Of a stretch of DNA of 64,000 bases, positions 37,282 to 49,756 are shown piece after piece. The stretch's first letter is position 1; each line of letters begins with the position of its first letter. Origin of the DNA: Zygnema circumcarinatum SAG 698-1b. Taxonomy: Eukaryota > Plantae > Zygnematophyceae. The stretch spans positions 4,937,909-5,001,908 of the forward strand of contig CM074804.1 of assembly GCA_037447605.1 (NCBI GenBank). The letters are read 5' to 3'. The position numbers were made by a program, and so were the translations under genes. The notes under the pieces were generated by a model. That model searched no databases, was not told where the DNA came from, and was given only the letters and a program-made list of their open reading frames with translations.

Positions 37282-37550
37282 TGGTATCGCGATTTCTGCC
37301 TGTATCCTCAAAGCCCCACTCGTTCGCAGCGCCCGCCCGCGTACCAACTGACCCGCAGAGCGCGCGCTCCTCCCTGCCCCTACTCACTGCACGCGTCCGC
37401 CTGTCCGCAGCCGGACGGAGGTCCGCAACCCTGCCATGCAAGCAAGCAAGCATGTATGCATGCATGCATAGCGGCCTGCCCGGCGGCAGCAGCAGCCTCG
37501 CTGGAGTGGAGGGGGGCAGTCAGACGGGGCCATCTGCGGAGGGACTTGGC

Positions 37551-40500
37551 TCATTCTCCGTCATCCTTCGCCCACTTTGGACCGTATATCGCCAGATGCG
37601 TCCTTCCGTACCGTCGGTCTCGAATCTGCACTCCACATCATCCTCATTTCTGCCATGAGGCTACCTCGCACTGACTGTCCCTAGCACTACTGCCTACGAG
37701 ACATGAAGAAGACTGTTAAGAAAAAAACTCGTCTTCGGCAGGTGCTTCACTCGACGTGATCTGCAGTGATGTGACAGAAATTGTGACGCTCCTACTGTTG
37801 TGTGAGAAGGCCACTCTACAAAGGAAAGCATCGCATTCTGACCTTCACAAGAGGCCCACATAAGTCTGGCAGTTCATGCTTCGACCGAAGAGGGTACTCC
37901 ACAATCTGCAAGAACACAACAATAACGAGCCCTCCCCTTGAATGACACTTTGGCATCCACTCCCACAATGCAGACCCCCAATTCCAGTCCATTCTCATGT
38001 TTTTGCGCATTCTGCAAAAAGTAAACCTGAATTTCTGGTGCCCACCCCGCACTCAAGGTGCCCACTCCTCACCATGCACGTATCCGGGTTGATAAACGGC
38101 GACCGCCCTAATTGCGCCATCAGTTCTGAAAACACCACTGCTTCATAGGGCGGCGTGACGCTAACGTAGTCGAAACAGCCACCGGCATACTCAGCTGCAC
38201 AGAATGAGAAACAGCAGAGCGAAGATGTATATGTTGGTTACCGCGTGGTGTTGTGATTCAAGCCTTTTTACAGTAAGCAATAAGCAATACGTTGGACAGG
38301 ACATATCAATTATGTCGCCACCTTTCATTACGCCGCTGCCTCGAATGATAGATTCCTCACCTCCACTTTGCTCTCCCCTTTGGAGGAATTGCTCCACACG
38401 AGTTGTGTGCACCATGGTCTGTTGTGTTAAGGAGCATGTTGCCAGGTTAGGGCCCAACACTTCAGCTACAACCCAGGGGTCCGCTTCCACAAAGTGCGCC
38501 TGCAATATACAAACATGACCATTGCTTACACCCTTGTTCAATTTGCACGCGCTTTCTGGCACACGTGCAAGCCTCTGAATGACACTCTACTTTGATAAAC
38601 AACCCTCCCGATTGACAGTCAGCCGTGACTCGGCCAAAATTTTCCTTCAAACAACTCATACAATGAACAGAAGATGTCGGATCCTCACCTCTTTGCATCC
38701 CCTGCTTAGCGCTTCAATGCCAACTGAGCCCGTGCCACTGTAGAGGTCCAACCATCTGCCACCCGGCAGGCTAGAAGGCATTCCTGCCATGGCCTGCAAT
38801 CCTCATCAGATATTTCAAGAGAGGCTACTCATCGCTCAGTCTTGCTGCTCTACACCAACGCGTTTGGATGAGCTAGACCTGCACTGAGGCGATAGCCAGA
38901 CTCCCTCCCTCATTCCCCTCCGCTCCATTTTCTGCGGGCCTATTATCGGCCCACCGCCGGGAATTGGTGCAGACTTGCTGCTGCGGATGTATCCAGTGGC
39001 CCAGGGCTCACCTGCAGCATGCTGAAGACTGCGCCTCGCACCATCTCCATCATGGGCCGCACGGCTTGGTCAGCCGGAGACAACAACCGGCGGCCGCCTT
39101 GACTTCCCGCCATGATCTGCCGTATGTGTCCAGCGAAGGGAGTTGAGTTCTAGTTAGCATACTGCCAGCACAGTCATCATAGCAATAGCTTAACGGTCAC
39201 GCTGCCAACACACAAGCCAATCATCAAGACTTGATGCCTGATGAAACTGACTGCACAACGGACGTTTCCAGATGCGTTCTCTCCTGGCTTACAACGAACC
39301 TCATCCATAGCCTCTCTTCGCAAGCTCCTTACCCGCAGCATGCGATGTGTAAGCCGCTCAGTCGGTTTCTCATTGGTGACTGCGGCTGGCTCCTTTTTCT
39401 GTCCTTTTTCTAACTGGCGCTTTGTTCTTGCAGGAAGAACTGCTCCAATGCTCGCCAATGCCTGGACATAGCAGAAGCGGATAATGAGTGCTAAACAGAA
39501 TGGTTAAGCTTGGAAAACGCCTTGACTTATATCTACCAATCTTCACAGGCACATACAAGATGAAGCAGAAACAATCGACAGCGGTATTAGCCTACACTCG
39601 AGTTACAGACATATTTTCTCAAGCATTTTCTGCAGTCCTACAACGGGACTTACGAGACACGACACTTTGCCATGAAGGATCGCAAGGCCATACCTCCGGC
39701 GAAGCCAGCGTATACGGGTCAACCTTCCAACCACCCGCCAGGGTAAAGATCTCTTCATCTAGTACTTCCTCGCTTTCTTGTTTGGGCTGTCTCCTCGCCC
39801 TCTTCCCCCCATTGGCAGCTCGATTTGCATCTGCATACATCAGTGTCGTCACATAGACTGAAAGATCTATAAGAAAGATTGTGTAATGACAGGGAAAACG
39901 AGTCCAGAAGAAATGATCAGCATCTGGCTTACTACCACATAAGTAGTTTAGAAAAAATTCTGTGCAAACTATTTATCCGTCATAATGCACTGTCAGCGAT
40001 AACGTCTTTCTCAATTGATTGGAGAAATTCTACAAGGTGCAATTGTTCTCAAGCTGACACGGCACAACATTTATGGATACCGACCTCGATACACATGAAA
40101 GAGAGAAAAGAGGAAGACAGGAGAATTAGGAGGAGGAGGATTAACAAAAGGATATCAATGGAGAAGGCTTTGTAGAGTACAGAATTCCATAAATTCCATA
40201 CTCCAGCTTAGATATTAACATCACTGTTCTCGTGAAGTGGACGTAATTCTCTGAGATCAAGCCGATAATAACTTTTTCCTCCCTAAATTTTGCCCTTTCT
40301 GAGTGTTGCAACTGATGTTTACAAGGAACCCCAGATTGCAGAATCCGATACAAGACTTACAATTCACAGGAATTACTCCACCATGCTAACCGTTGGAACA
40401 CCTTGATTACGCTTTGGAAATTAACTTTCTCCTTCCTAAACTACATTGTTCGAGAAGTACCTAAGGCACGGTTATGGTTGCTGTTCTCACCATTGATCAA

Positions 40501-41040
40501 CTAAGATAGTATCTCACGGCTCCACGGTCATGAAGTTAATGATAGATACTTATATTGGTTATCCATGCAAAGTGCCTTCCTTCTGATAGAATCTACAGCA
40601 GTATTGGTTAAAAACTCCTACTTGTCATTCCTCCAATCGTCATATAAGATGGAAACTTTCTGTCCTTCACCTTTCCAGCTCCTAAATTCTTGCCAGCAGG
40701 TGAATTCTATCTGGCGAAAAGAAATCGCTTCAAAGCGCACATACAATGTTTTGCGAAGAAACACTCACCAATCCCAGCATGTCCGAATTGTACCTACAAA
40801 ACCTAACATTGACCTCATAAATTCATTCTCTTTCTCTTATAAAATAATGCCTTCATTTGAACCCTCTCCCACGGTTTCACGACCTGCTACAGGAGCACCC
40901 CTTCGAGCGCAGCGAACGCTGTGTTGGATGCTGTTCTCAGCATCGCTTCTCCCGCTGCGCACTTGCACTCCTGCACCGGGCAGTGGAGCTCCTAGCCATG
41001 GCACTCTCAGAGCAGCTGTCTCGTAGTGCATTGCGGCCAT
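37551..41040 (-). CDS. RSMD: Plastid 16S rRNA guanine-N2 methyltransferase, RsmD/YlbH-like, multi-exon
   Basis: Transit peptide ending SVRCA; exons give THRMLR/IMAGSQGGRRLLSPADQAVRPMMEMVRGAVFSMLQ/GRWLDLYSGTGSVGIEALSRGCKE/AHFVEADPWVV/FDYVSVTPPY/IVEYPL/IRDRRYGRTHLAIYGPKWA*. Confidence 0.9.
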
Positions 41041-41754
41041 GGCGTCTAGAGGCGCCAGAGAGAACAGCCCTCCCCGTCGTCGGAACGGGCAAGTAGATTA
41101 GGGTTTCTATGCGTAGCAGTCGGCGGCAGGTTGTGATGGGGAACTGGGCGGCATAGAAAAAGCGAAATGTTCAATTTGGAAAAGTTCTGGAGTGGCTGCG
41201 TCTGACTTCACTGATCGTCATTGCTCCACTGCCGATGGGCTGTGCTCATTGCAAATCTTTATCGTGCAATGCGAAATCATCGAAGAACAGTGCGTGCGGG
41301 AGAAAGCGATGCAGCTTTGAATGCTAGAAAATCCTTTTGTTATGATCATGAGTTTTTCATATTGGGTTCACTTGTTGGGGGGGACCCTCGCGAACGTTCA
41401 TTGCAGGCTAATCCTTTTGCATATACTTTACAGTACACAATCAACTCTCAGTTGAAGCAGAAATTTCATTCATTGAAAAAATTGGTGCAAGACATGCCGA
41501 GACAACAACTTGGTACAACATGGCAAACAATTGGCCTAGACAGGATCGCGCATTCTTTAGTCGGAGGAATGTACATTTTTATTCCTTGTTAGCGTTAAAC
41601 TAAAGATTGTAACGTGGCTTGGGAAACGCAGCTTCTCATACAATGCGTGATCCGATACCAACATATAAACAAGACAATTACAATAGAATAGCTTGCTTTT
41701 AGTCCCCAACGAAGCAGCAAGCTTCTCCTTTCTTCCTACAGCCTTACGAAGCGC

Positions 41755-43505
41755 CTAAATAGAAAGCCCCGCACCGAAAAGAAAGGACGCACTGCTAAAC
41801 GACATTTCGTGTTTATGGAAAACTTTACGACAAATGTCATCTCCAGCCGCACCGCCTGCAACATGAAGGGGCAGCAGATGCTCCAATGTTGGATGGGCTT
41901 TCCTTAAGAGAGGATGGTGTTGCAAATCTGCGCAGAAGGGAGAGTAGTAATGTCAGAAACAATTCACTTGAGGGGATCGCCTCTCTGGTTACAGAGACTC
42001 TAAGCGTCTCACACTAAAAAAATGTTCTGCACTGCAAACAGTCTGCCAGGACAGCATCCATGGGCGCACCAAGAAGACGGCGCTCTCTTTCCTTGAAGTC
42101 TCTAGGTTCCACAACTGCCTCCTCCAGTACTTTGTCAAAAGGGGCTACATAGTCTGCAACCTGCCATAAATCAGAAACAAATGGTGATGTCATTAGCCGG
42201 AAGTCCCGAAAAAAATGGCTACTCTGGAACAGCAAGTGAAACACCAGTAGAGTTTAAGCTACTTTCCAGCCAACTTACATATCTGTTGTGGTAGAACCGC
42301 CCCATGTCTCGAAGATTATGCACAGCAGTCCCGCTTCCAACAATAAGCACTCCTTCGTCTCGAAGGGGTCGGAGAGCCTTCCCCAATGCAATGTGATCCT
42401 TCATGGATCCACCGGAAAGAAGCGACAACTGGAGAACTGGGACTTCACCATTTGACATCATCCACTTTAGAGGAACCCAGGAGCCATGATCCAGGCCGTG
42501 CTTTGGGTCACCTGCCGCCATTATGCTGCTTGCAGACAGAAGCTACACATACATACACAGGAAAGTAAAGGTCTAATAAGATCAGCAAAAAGAGCATGTT
42601 CCAGTGACAGGCTACAAAGAGCACACAGACACTAATGATAGTCACAAGGATCACCACGCAACTAATTGCAGAAGTAGCAACTTCATATAAAACAGAATCG
42701 AGTCGCTCAATACTGACTACCTCGGCCACCGTCGGCAAGCCTGCCTGACACACCCGCTAAACATTTGATGATTACCAACGATAGAGACTCACGGAGGAAA
42801 GTCGACGTCATAAAAAATAACACAAGTTCCAGCGATCTCTACTTGTCCCCTCTACTGGTCAATAATTTGGCTCTGACATACAAGCGAAGCTCTCATTCTA
42901 ACCTAACGCAGACATTCGCACCGGCCACAGATAGACTCCGCTGGCCGGCAGAGCTAAATCCTTTACCTGCAAGACTCTGTTTGCCACCTCTGGCGAGCCC
43001 TTGCCTGGATACGTGTAGGTGTAAAATTCTTTGGGGAAACCGTAGAAGTCGTAAATTGTTTCCGGGGTACTTGTGGTATTCACTCTAACTGGTTTTTCCT
43101 CCCAGTGCCCACTAATCAATAGGACTGCGCGAATTCCGGGGAGCATCTTCACCTGTGAAATGAACGAAACGTGAGACTTTGATCAGCCGTCAAAGCAGGC
43201 TTTCAAGGTGTATGGAGTCCAGAGAGTTTCAGTACTGTGAAGACACAAATTCTACCTGGCAGCAACAATACCTTCTGCGCCAAAACCATGGCCTGCATTA
43301 CTAGTCATGCTCTTTATGTTTGAATGCTGGCCCTAACGTAGCTTCAAACTGCATCCACTTTCTTGAATCTTCGTAAAAAAAAAGAGTTATTGAGCAACTA
43401 GCCGACCTGGTTTCCAAGCCTCTTCCAAAAGTTCGAGTCTTCAGTTTCAGCAAAACCAGAAACGGGCGATCCATGTGACAGGTACAGCACAGGGAAACGC
43501 GTCAT
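41755..43505 (-). CDS. Class III extradiol ring-cleavage dioxygenase (LigB / 4,5-DOPA dioxygenase family), multi-exon
   Basis: MTRFPVLYLSHGSP; ISGHWE..PETIYDFYGFP..YPGKGSPEVA; GLDHGSWVPLKWM..VPVLQLSL..HIALGKALRPLRDEGVLIVGSGTAVHNL; AHPTLEHLLPLHVAGGAAG. The metal-binding His residues are present. Confidence 0.92.
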
Positions 43506-44327
43506 TGCTTTCGCTGGCGCAGCTTTGCAAAAGGTGAAAGCGATTGAGTTTGTTGCTGTAAAATTCGAACCGCCGCACTCCAATAAATCTCAGGATATCC
43601 GCCCCGAAATGCAGATGGAAGCTCAAAGTCAGACAGACAATGCCATTCTCATCTCCAGTGTACTCTCCTGCCTGAGCTGTCCCTCGCGGCCTGCTACCCT
43701 GCAGTGTGAAGATGAGCGCCGCGCATTAAGCTTCTGGAGGAGGAGGCCAGAGCGCGGGGCAGGATGTCCCCATCATCATCCCGGATGGGGACGCAGACGC
43801 TGACGCGCCCACGGCCACGGCCGCCCGCCCGGCCGGAAGGAAGGAAGGAGGGAAGCAGGCGGGAACGTGCGCGGCGGAGCCTTCCGGAGCTGCGCCCGCT
43901 TTCGCGGCAGTTGCCGTCCACCCCGAAACCCCCTTTGGAGCGAACACGCTAGCGCATCGCGTCTGGGCAATTTTACCGAACTGTTGTCGCGCGGTCCGAG
44001 AGGCCGTCCCCAGTTTGCAAGCGCAAACTGCAAACCGCCTTTGCCCGCGCGCACGCACCGCCGCAGTCGAGTTTTATTTTCGCAATTTTTCTTTAACGGC
44101 GGGGGAGAAGCTGCTCCGCGATTCGTCGGCAGGCTTTGGGACTGTCACATGTAGCGGCGAGCTGTGGAACAGCGCAGCAGTGGTTCCGTGGGGCAGGACG
44201 GAGCCGTCCTCGCCCGAGGCGGCCCGCGCCGGCGAGCCTGCAGGGCTGCTGTCAGGACTCGGCTCGGCTGCCAGGAAGGGAAACAGCGCAGGAGCAGGAG
44301 CAGGAGCGTTGCAGCGAGGGAGGTGCA

Positions 44328-46296
44328 ATGCCGCTCTTCAAACAGCCTAATTCGGTCCATGGATGTTCTGTTGGAAATGCTCCGGCGGATCTTCCTCCTG
44401 CAGTCGTTCCGGAGCCAGTCTCTGTGGAAATCATCAATAAGGTTCTGCTCTGCACGAACAGTAAGAACGGCACACCGTATTGGCATGCCACGTTTACTCT
44501 TCATAATCGGAGCCCTCAGAGTGTAATGGTGCTCGGATTGTCGATCGAAACGTTTGCTCAAGTGCGTGTATATCCGCGATACTTCAAGTGGCCAGTTGGG
44601 CGTCTAGTGCTATCCAAGGCGGGATCTTGTGCTGGATACGCAATAAACATTCCATGCATTGGCAACTCTGATCCTCCGAGATTTATCTGCAAATGGTCAT
44701 ACAGGTATTTTCGTGCGCTGCGATTGTATACACAGTAAAGCGTTTGTCGTGTTGCAAAAAATGCACGAGCAATTAGTTGGATGACTTCCTTTGTCGCGTA
44801 CTTCTCAATAATCCGTTCCTTGTAACAGTGCCATAAAATACTGCAGCTTAGTTCATTTCCTATCCTTCCCTGCGGAGCAATATCGATGTAGGGTGTTTGG
44901 AGGATGCCAACCCTTCTACTTTTGTAGATTATTAGGGTATGATCATTCAAATTCCAGATTCACGTACGATAGTCGCTAGAATCTCTGAAAAAAAATATAT
45001 TCAGATGGCTCCTTTGAGTGCAAAGATTTGAAAATCGTACATAAATAAAGGAAAATCAGCGTTTCCTTATCTATTTAGCCTTCTGTCGTTTCTAAGCGCT
45101 ACAGCGCAATGAAATGGACTGTTTTTTCTGCTAGTAAAGATTCATTCAGAAGCTCTTGGAATAATCGTCTATTTTGTATGTCGTTAGAACTTATCACGTG
45201 CTTTTTGTTTGATGCAAAAAAAAAAAAAAAACAGAAAAGTGGAAGACAAGGTTGTGGGACCAAGTGAGAAGGTGGAAGATAATGTAAGTAACATGCTCAA
45301 CACTCCCTGAATCTTGCGTTTTGGTAACATGACGTGTGTTGCTTTTCTTGCACATGCTCGAGCTTGCTGTTATTGCCGCATACTCTTTGAAAATAGCTAT
45401 AAGGGCTGTTTTCATTGCTCCCGCCAACCTCGAACGACAGCTGTTTTTCCAGTTTTTGGTTTATATTTCATAAACCCTAAGCCCTACTATCTGGGTTGAC
45501 GTTTTCCTTCATAAATCACTAAACGTGAACAGCTTCAAATCACAGTACACTCTTTATTCGCACTTCAACTGACATGCGAGAGGGCTTTTTTTTCTTGTTC
45601 TTTTGGCATGTTTACAGGAGAATTCAAGCCGCGAGCAGGCGAAAGAAACTTGTGAGGAGACCAATGGACAGTCATCCGAAAAAAATCCGTCGGAACCGAC
45701 AGGGTGGCGAAAACATATGGCGAGCATTTTCGGAGTAGGTTCTCAGCCATCGAAACGAATGAGGTGCGAGGAATAGGCGTTCAGTGATAGGCCTTGTGCC
45801 GAACATGGCACCGTAATCGTGACCTTTTATTTGGCCATCCGACAATACCATTCAGGATTTAAATAGCCAATCTGGTTTGTAACTAAGTAATGTAAGACAA
45901 CAACTATTGCTCACCTCCACCGCTTGTAAGAGCAAAGTCTGCCCAAGATGCGATCAATCGCAAACACAGGTGTATGAAATCTTCGAATTTCACAGGAAAA
46001 GGCAAAACATCAACGTTCCCCCCCTTGATTTCAGCCATTGGGAATTCTGCTATTCAATCAAGCTGATGTTGACAGTCAGACAACTTCATCGACGAGCATA
46101 TTCAACCCGTCAGCAGCTGGCCTCTATCGCAGCTCTGAGGGTCACTCACAGGTCGATCTCGGGTGTCTTTCCTCCCACTCATATTGCAATAGTGCGTCAC
46201 CTTCGCTCGAGGAACGAGCATGCATGGAGACTGCCGCAGTGTACCAATATTTTAAGCGCAATGCTAAATATATCACGGAACATCCTCAGACTATAA
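44328..46296 (+). CDS. Putative spliced gene of unknown function (orphan candidate)
   Basis: Candidate exons ~44328-44561, ~45251-45282, ~45618-45763, ~45996-46296 have GT-AG borders and join in frame by eye; preceded by a GC island; no recognisable domain. Confidence 0.35.
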
Positions 46297-46555
46297 CTGT
46301 CAGCTGAGAAGTCTTTGTCGAACCTTTCAAACAAAGCATAAACAGCCGCTTAAAGAATGAAGAACCTGCCCTAGGAAAAGCTGTCTAAGAAGACTAACCT
46401 AGCCTCTGTCTCCGTGAAATTGCACGTAACCCCTCGGTTGCGTTGTACCAGAAATCCACAAATCTTGAACCCGGTTCAAGACTTTTGGCGTTTGTACACA
46501 CCACGTCACATTCTCAGCCTGCAGACACGAAATGTGGAATGTCGAGTGCCACGCT

Positions 46556-49206
46556 TCAAACCCGTCCGTCCAGACCGTCCAAAGGGCCGTTCCACATCCC
46601 TTTTTGAGGCGGCAACTGCAAGGCGAGCGCTTGAAATGAGGGGAATCCCACACCGCTGCCTCGTACTCTTCCGTCAATTCGCAAAGATATGTACCTGCAC
46701 GCGAATAAACACGGCATGAAATTCAGTTACAGTAGTCTGAAGCCAGAATTTGCCACGATACGGCTCCAATGTAAGGATGCCTCAGCCTGAATTCATGTAC
46801 TGCAGAGAACCGAGAAGCGGTGCAGTTTGAGTTGACCTTGACGACATAGCTTGTCGTGATAACCCAATGACTATTGGGGTTGAGTATGTCAGTGTAGCGA
46901 ACATATTTTCAAGACCAAACAACCCCAATTTAAAAAATTGGCATACCGGAAGCCCATTTGTAAACACGTGCTTACGTGAAAATCTAAACCATAAAAGGAG
47001 ATTCACTTTAAAAACAGTGAACATACAAGATGGCGGGGGGGTAACGTGCACTTACACCGGCTTGTCATCTGACACGTTTGCTAAAGACATTTGCTCATCC
47101 AGCCACCTGCTTCCAAGCACAATGCCCGAAGAGGTGAACGAGTTGGCAATGCCACAACAGATGCACTCTAAAAGTTCTCACAGCCGGGGCTAGGCTTGTC
47201 AGTGACAATTTTAGATGTGTGCATCATCCTACTCATCCTTCACTGCTGAATGATTTTGCAAGTGCATCAGCGACATGGAGAGCTTTCTAGTTTTGAAAAA
47301 GTGCAGGTCTCCACCTGGCCCATTCGTTTGTATATATCGGCGTTGCAATGAAACGTTTGTTAAAATTCGGAGCTGCTTGACCTCCACCTTCACTTTCCTT
47401 CCCTTCCTGCGCCGTTGCCTCTCCCGCAGCCAAGGTAGGCGCCAGCTGCGAGCCATCTGTGCAAAAGGGGACAAGCATCACTCCTCTCTCCACGAGGTCT
47501 TTCTTCAGCGGTTCTGCACGGCGTAAGGCTTCTTCTATGTGCTCCTTAGTTCCAGATATAATGAGAAGACGACAGGTTCCTCGCATCTGTCCGACCGTCA
47601 CTAACCGCCCATTTGCCAGTTCGATCCGCAAATTACTCAGGGTCTCCTCTCGTGTAATTCGTGCTATAGACTTTTGCTCCGATTTTTTGTCAGACCTGCA
47701 CACGTTTAGTCATAAGTTCTTGAGCTTCATCGGTGAAAAACTTTTCCTTCTTTGACAATGAAACATGACACGGTGCCATTGATAAATCCAAATGGAGTTT
47801 CAACAAGCATACAGTTTCGACTTCCATCACATCACAAATATAAAATGATCCCATAACAAACGAAATAAACATCTTTTCCAATCCATGAGCGCATGTCCTC
47901 ACCTGTACAACAAAGCGAAAGCAACTACTGCGGCCACATCGATCGCTAGCCCCTGCAGGGTTTCCGGCAAGGGGCTGGCATTTGGAGCCCCGCCTAGAGC
48001 GCCAATCACACGAGTGAAGGCGATCAAACCGCCAATTCCTGCACTTGCAATGAATGCAAGGGAGAGTGCCATGCGCAATGTGCGGAAGGGGGCTATTACT
48101 TCACTCCGAATCCTTGCGTCCGAACTGCAATGACAGTAAAGCGGCTGTTTTAAAAAATTATAGAGCCCATTCTCTTACAACATCACATCTCCAGGATGAT
48201 CTGTAATCCAGCTACAGGATTTAGTAGTCGTTGGGAACCTCTGTAGACAAAATTTATATCTCAGCTAAACCTACAGATTAAAGCTATCTCGTACATTAAA
48301 ATGCTTCTCATGGCCGGTATAAAGTTTCTCATTCAATGCATGAATTATGTACACTTCATGAACAACTTCTGCAATGGGGATAAAAAAGTTATCCTGTCGA
48401 ATTCTGGATGATTAACCCAACCTTTAGCTTGGGTGCAAATGAAGAAAACGAACGGGTGAGGACGAGGATTGAAGATTGCATTGCCTTACTTGCCTAAGAA
48501 AATAAACTCGACCGAGCCCTAAAAGAAAGTACCTTGCATACACTGCATTATCCTAAACTCATGAAACCTTGATAGTCAATGCACCTACTAACGAGGTAAG
48601 ATCGCCAGAGTCGTTCAAATGATGCCTTAAAACCAGCTTGAACACTCCTTCAAATTCTAAGGCCGTTGAGTAATTCATTGGTGGCAAAACATCAGCCAGC
48701 CGGTCATCCAAAACGGCTGCCTGGATTCTTATAGAAGCTCAGAGATTGCTCGCACTTTCTTTCAACGAAATCACGACCTCTTCAATAGACTCCTTCCTTG
48801 TGAAGCAGATTGCTGGAATAATCCAACGCGTAGGGAATAGAGAAGAAGGTTCCAATCTTTCGCAACTGTCATAATTTAATAAATAACCTCCCATCACCTG
48901 CATGCTCTTCTGCAAATTCCCTTACACAAGCACACACCTGATTTGCTCCGGACTCCGTGAAGAACCTCCCCCGCCTCCACCTCCTGCTGCACATCTCACT
49001 GCCAGCTGGCCCCTGCCGGCATTTTTTCCTTGCGATGGAGACCCACAATGCAGTTGGAAACCTCGTCGGGAGGAATGCCCCCAACTCTGACCTCGTATCC
49101 AGCTGACCGCGCCTCTCGAGCTGCATAGCTGCTCTCTTTGCTTCCGTAAGGCAGAAGTCAATGGCCCGCAGTTCCCGTAGCAATTCAGGCCCACTCCGCT
49201 CGACAT
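46556..49206 (-). CDS. LOW PSII ACCUMULATION 1-like protein (DUF3493, TPR-less paralogue), plastid-targeted
   Basis: Transit peptide ending LAVRCAA; PEQI/SSDARIRSEVIAPFRTLRM..two TM helices..ITREETLSNLRI..LVERGVMLVPF..W/LDEQMSLANV..V/YISLRIDGRVRGSGVGFPSF..LPPQKGMWNGPLDGLDGRV*. Confidence 0.88.
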
Positions 49207-49299
49207 GCTGCCTCCTCGCCTCCCTCCCTCCCTCGTCTTCAGAGAGGAGCCGACAGGAGCAGAAGGTGTGGCCGGAGGGCAGCAATCCGCGAGGAACCC

Positions 49300-49545
49300 C
49301 TGCTACGTGGCCGCTTCTCTGCGTACTACGTCACGTGCGCACGTGGCGTTTCCGTCCAGAATCGGTCCCGCTCCGTGTGGGAAGTTAAACAGCCCGCTGA
49401 ACAGGGCGGGCATAGAAACGAAAGATTGATTGGGACACGTGTCTTCACGAGAGGTATCCCCGCAGGGGGAGGGAGATCTGGAGATCGTGCTGACGTGGTG
49501 GATATTTCCAGCAGGCGTCGGTCCTAACGCCACGTGGCGATTCCC
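49300..49545. promoter_or_regulatory. G-box/ABRE cluster in a short bidirectional promoter
   Basis: TACGTGGC ~49304, CACGTG 49332 and 49340, GACACGTGTC 49434-49443, TGACGTGG ~49491, GCCACGTGGC 49529-49538, all within the 550 bp between divergent start codons. Confidence 0.6.
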
Positions 49546-49756
49546 TCGTGACATGGCAGCCGCCCGGGGGCCAGCGGCGGCCCCCTCCCTGGCCCGGCGT
49601 CTAGAGCGAAGGGCCGGCCGGAGGAACTGCGGTTCCATGTGGGGGGTATCCCGTCAGAACTGAGCTGGAGCATATAGCTGCGAGGAAGCTGCATGCAATG
49701 CAGGACATCTGGAGTTGGGAGGCCCCCCGACGCGCTTTCGTTCTGAAGAGCGGAGG

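Noticed and set aside
41755-43505. Betalain pathway inferred from the DODA-like gene
   Set aside because: LigB homologues are widespread in non-betalain organisms and no CYP76AD-type partner is present in the window.
48869-49285. 138 aa ORF as the first exon of the LPA1-like gene
   Set aside because: Splice phase fits only the alternative frame starting at 49206, which also supplies a VRC-A transit cleavage motif.
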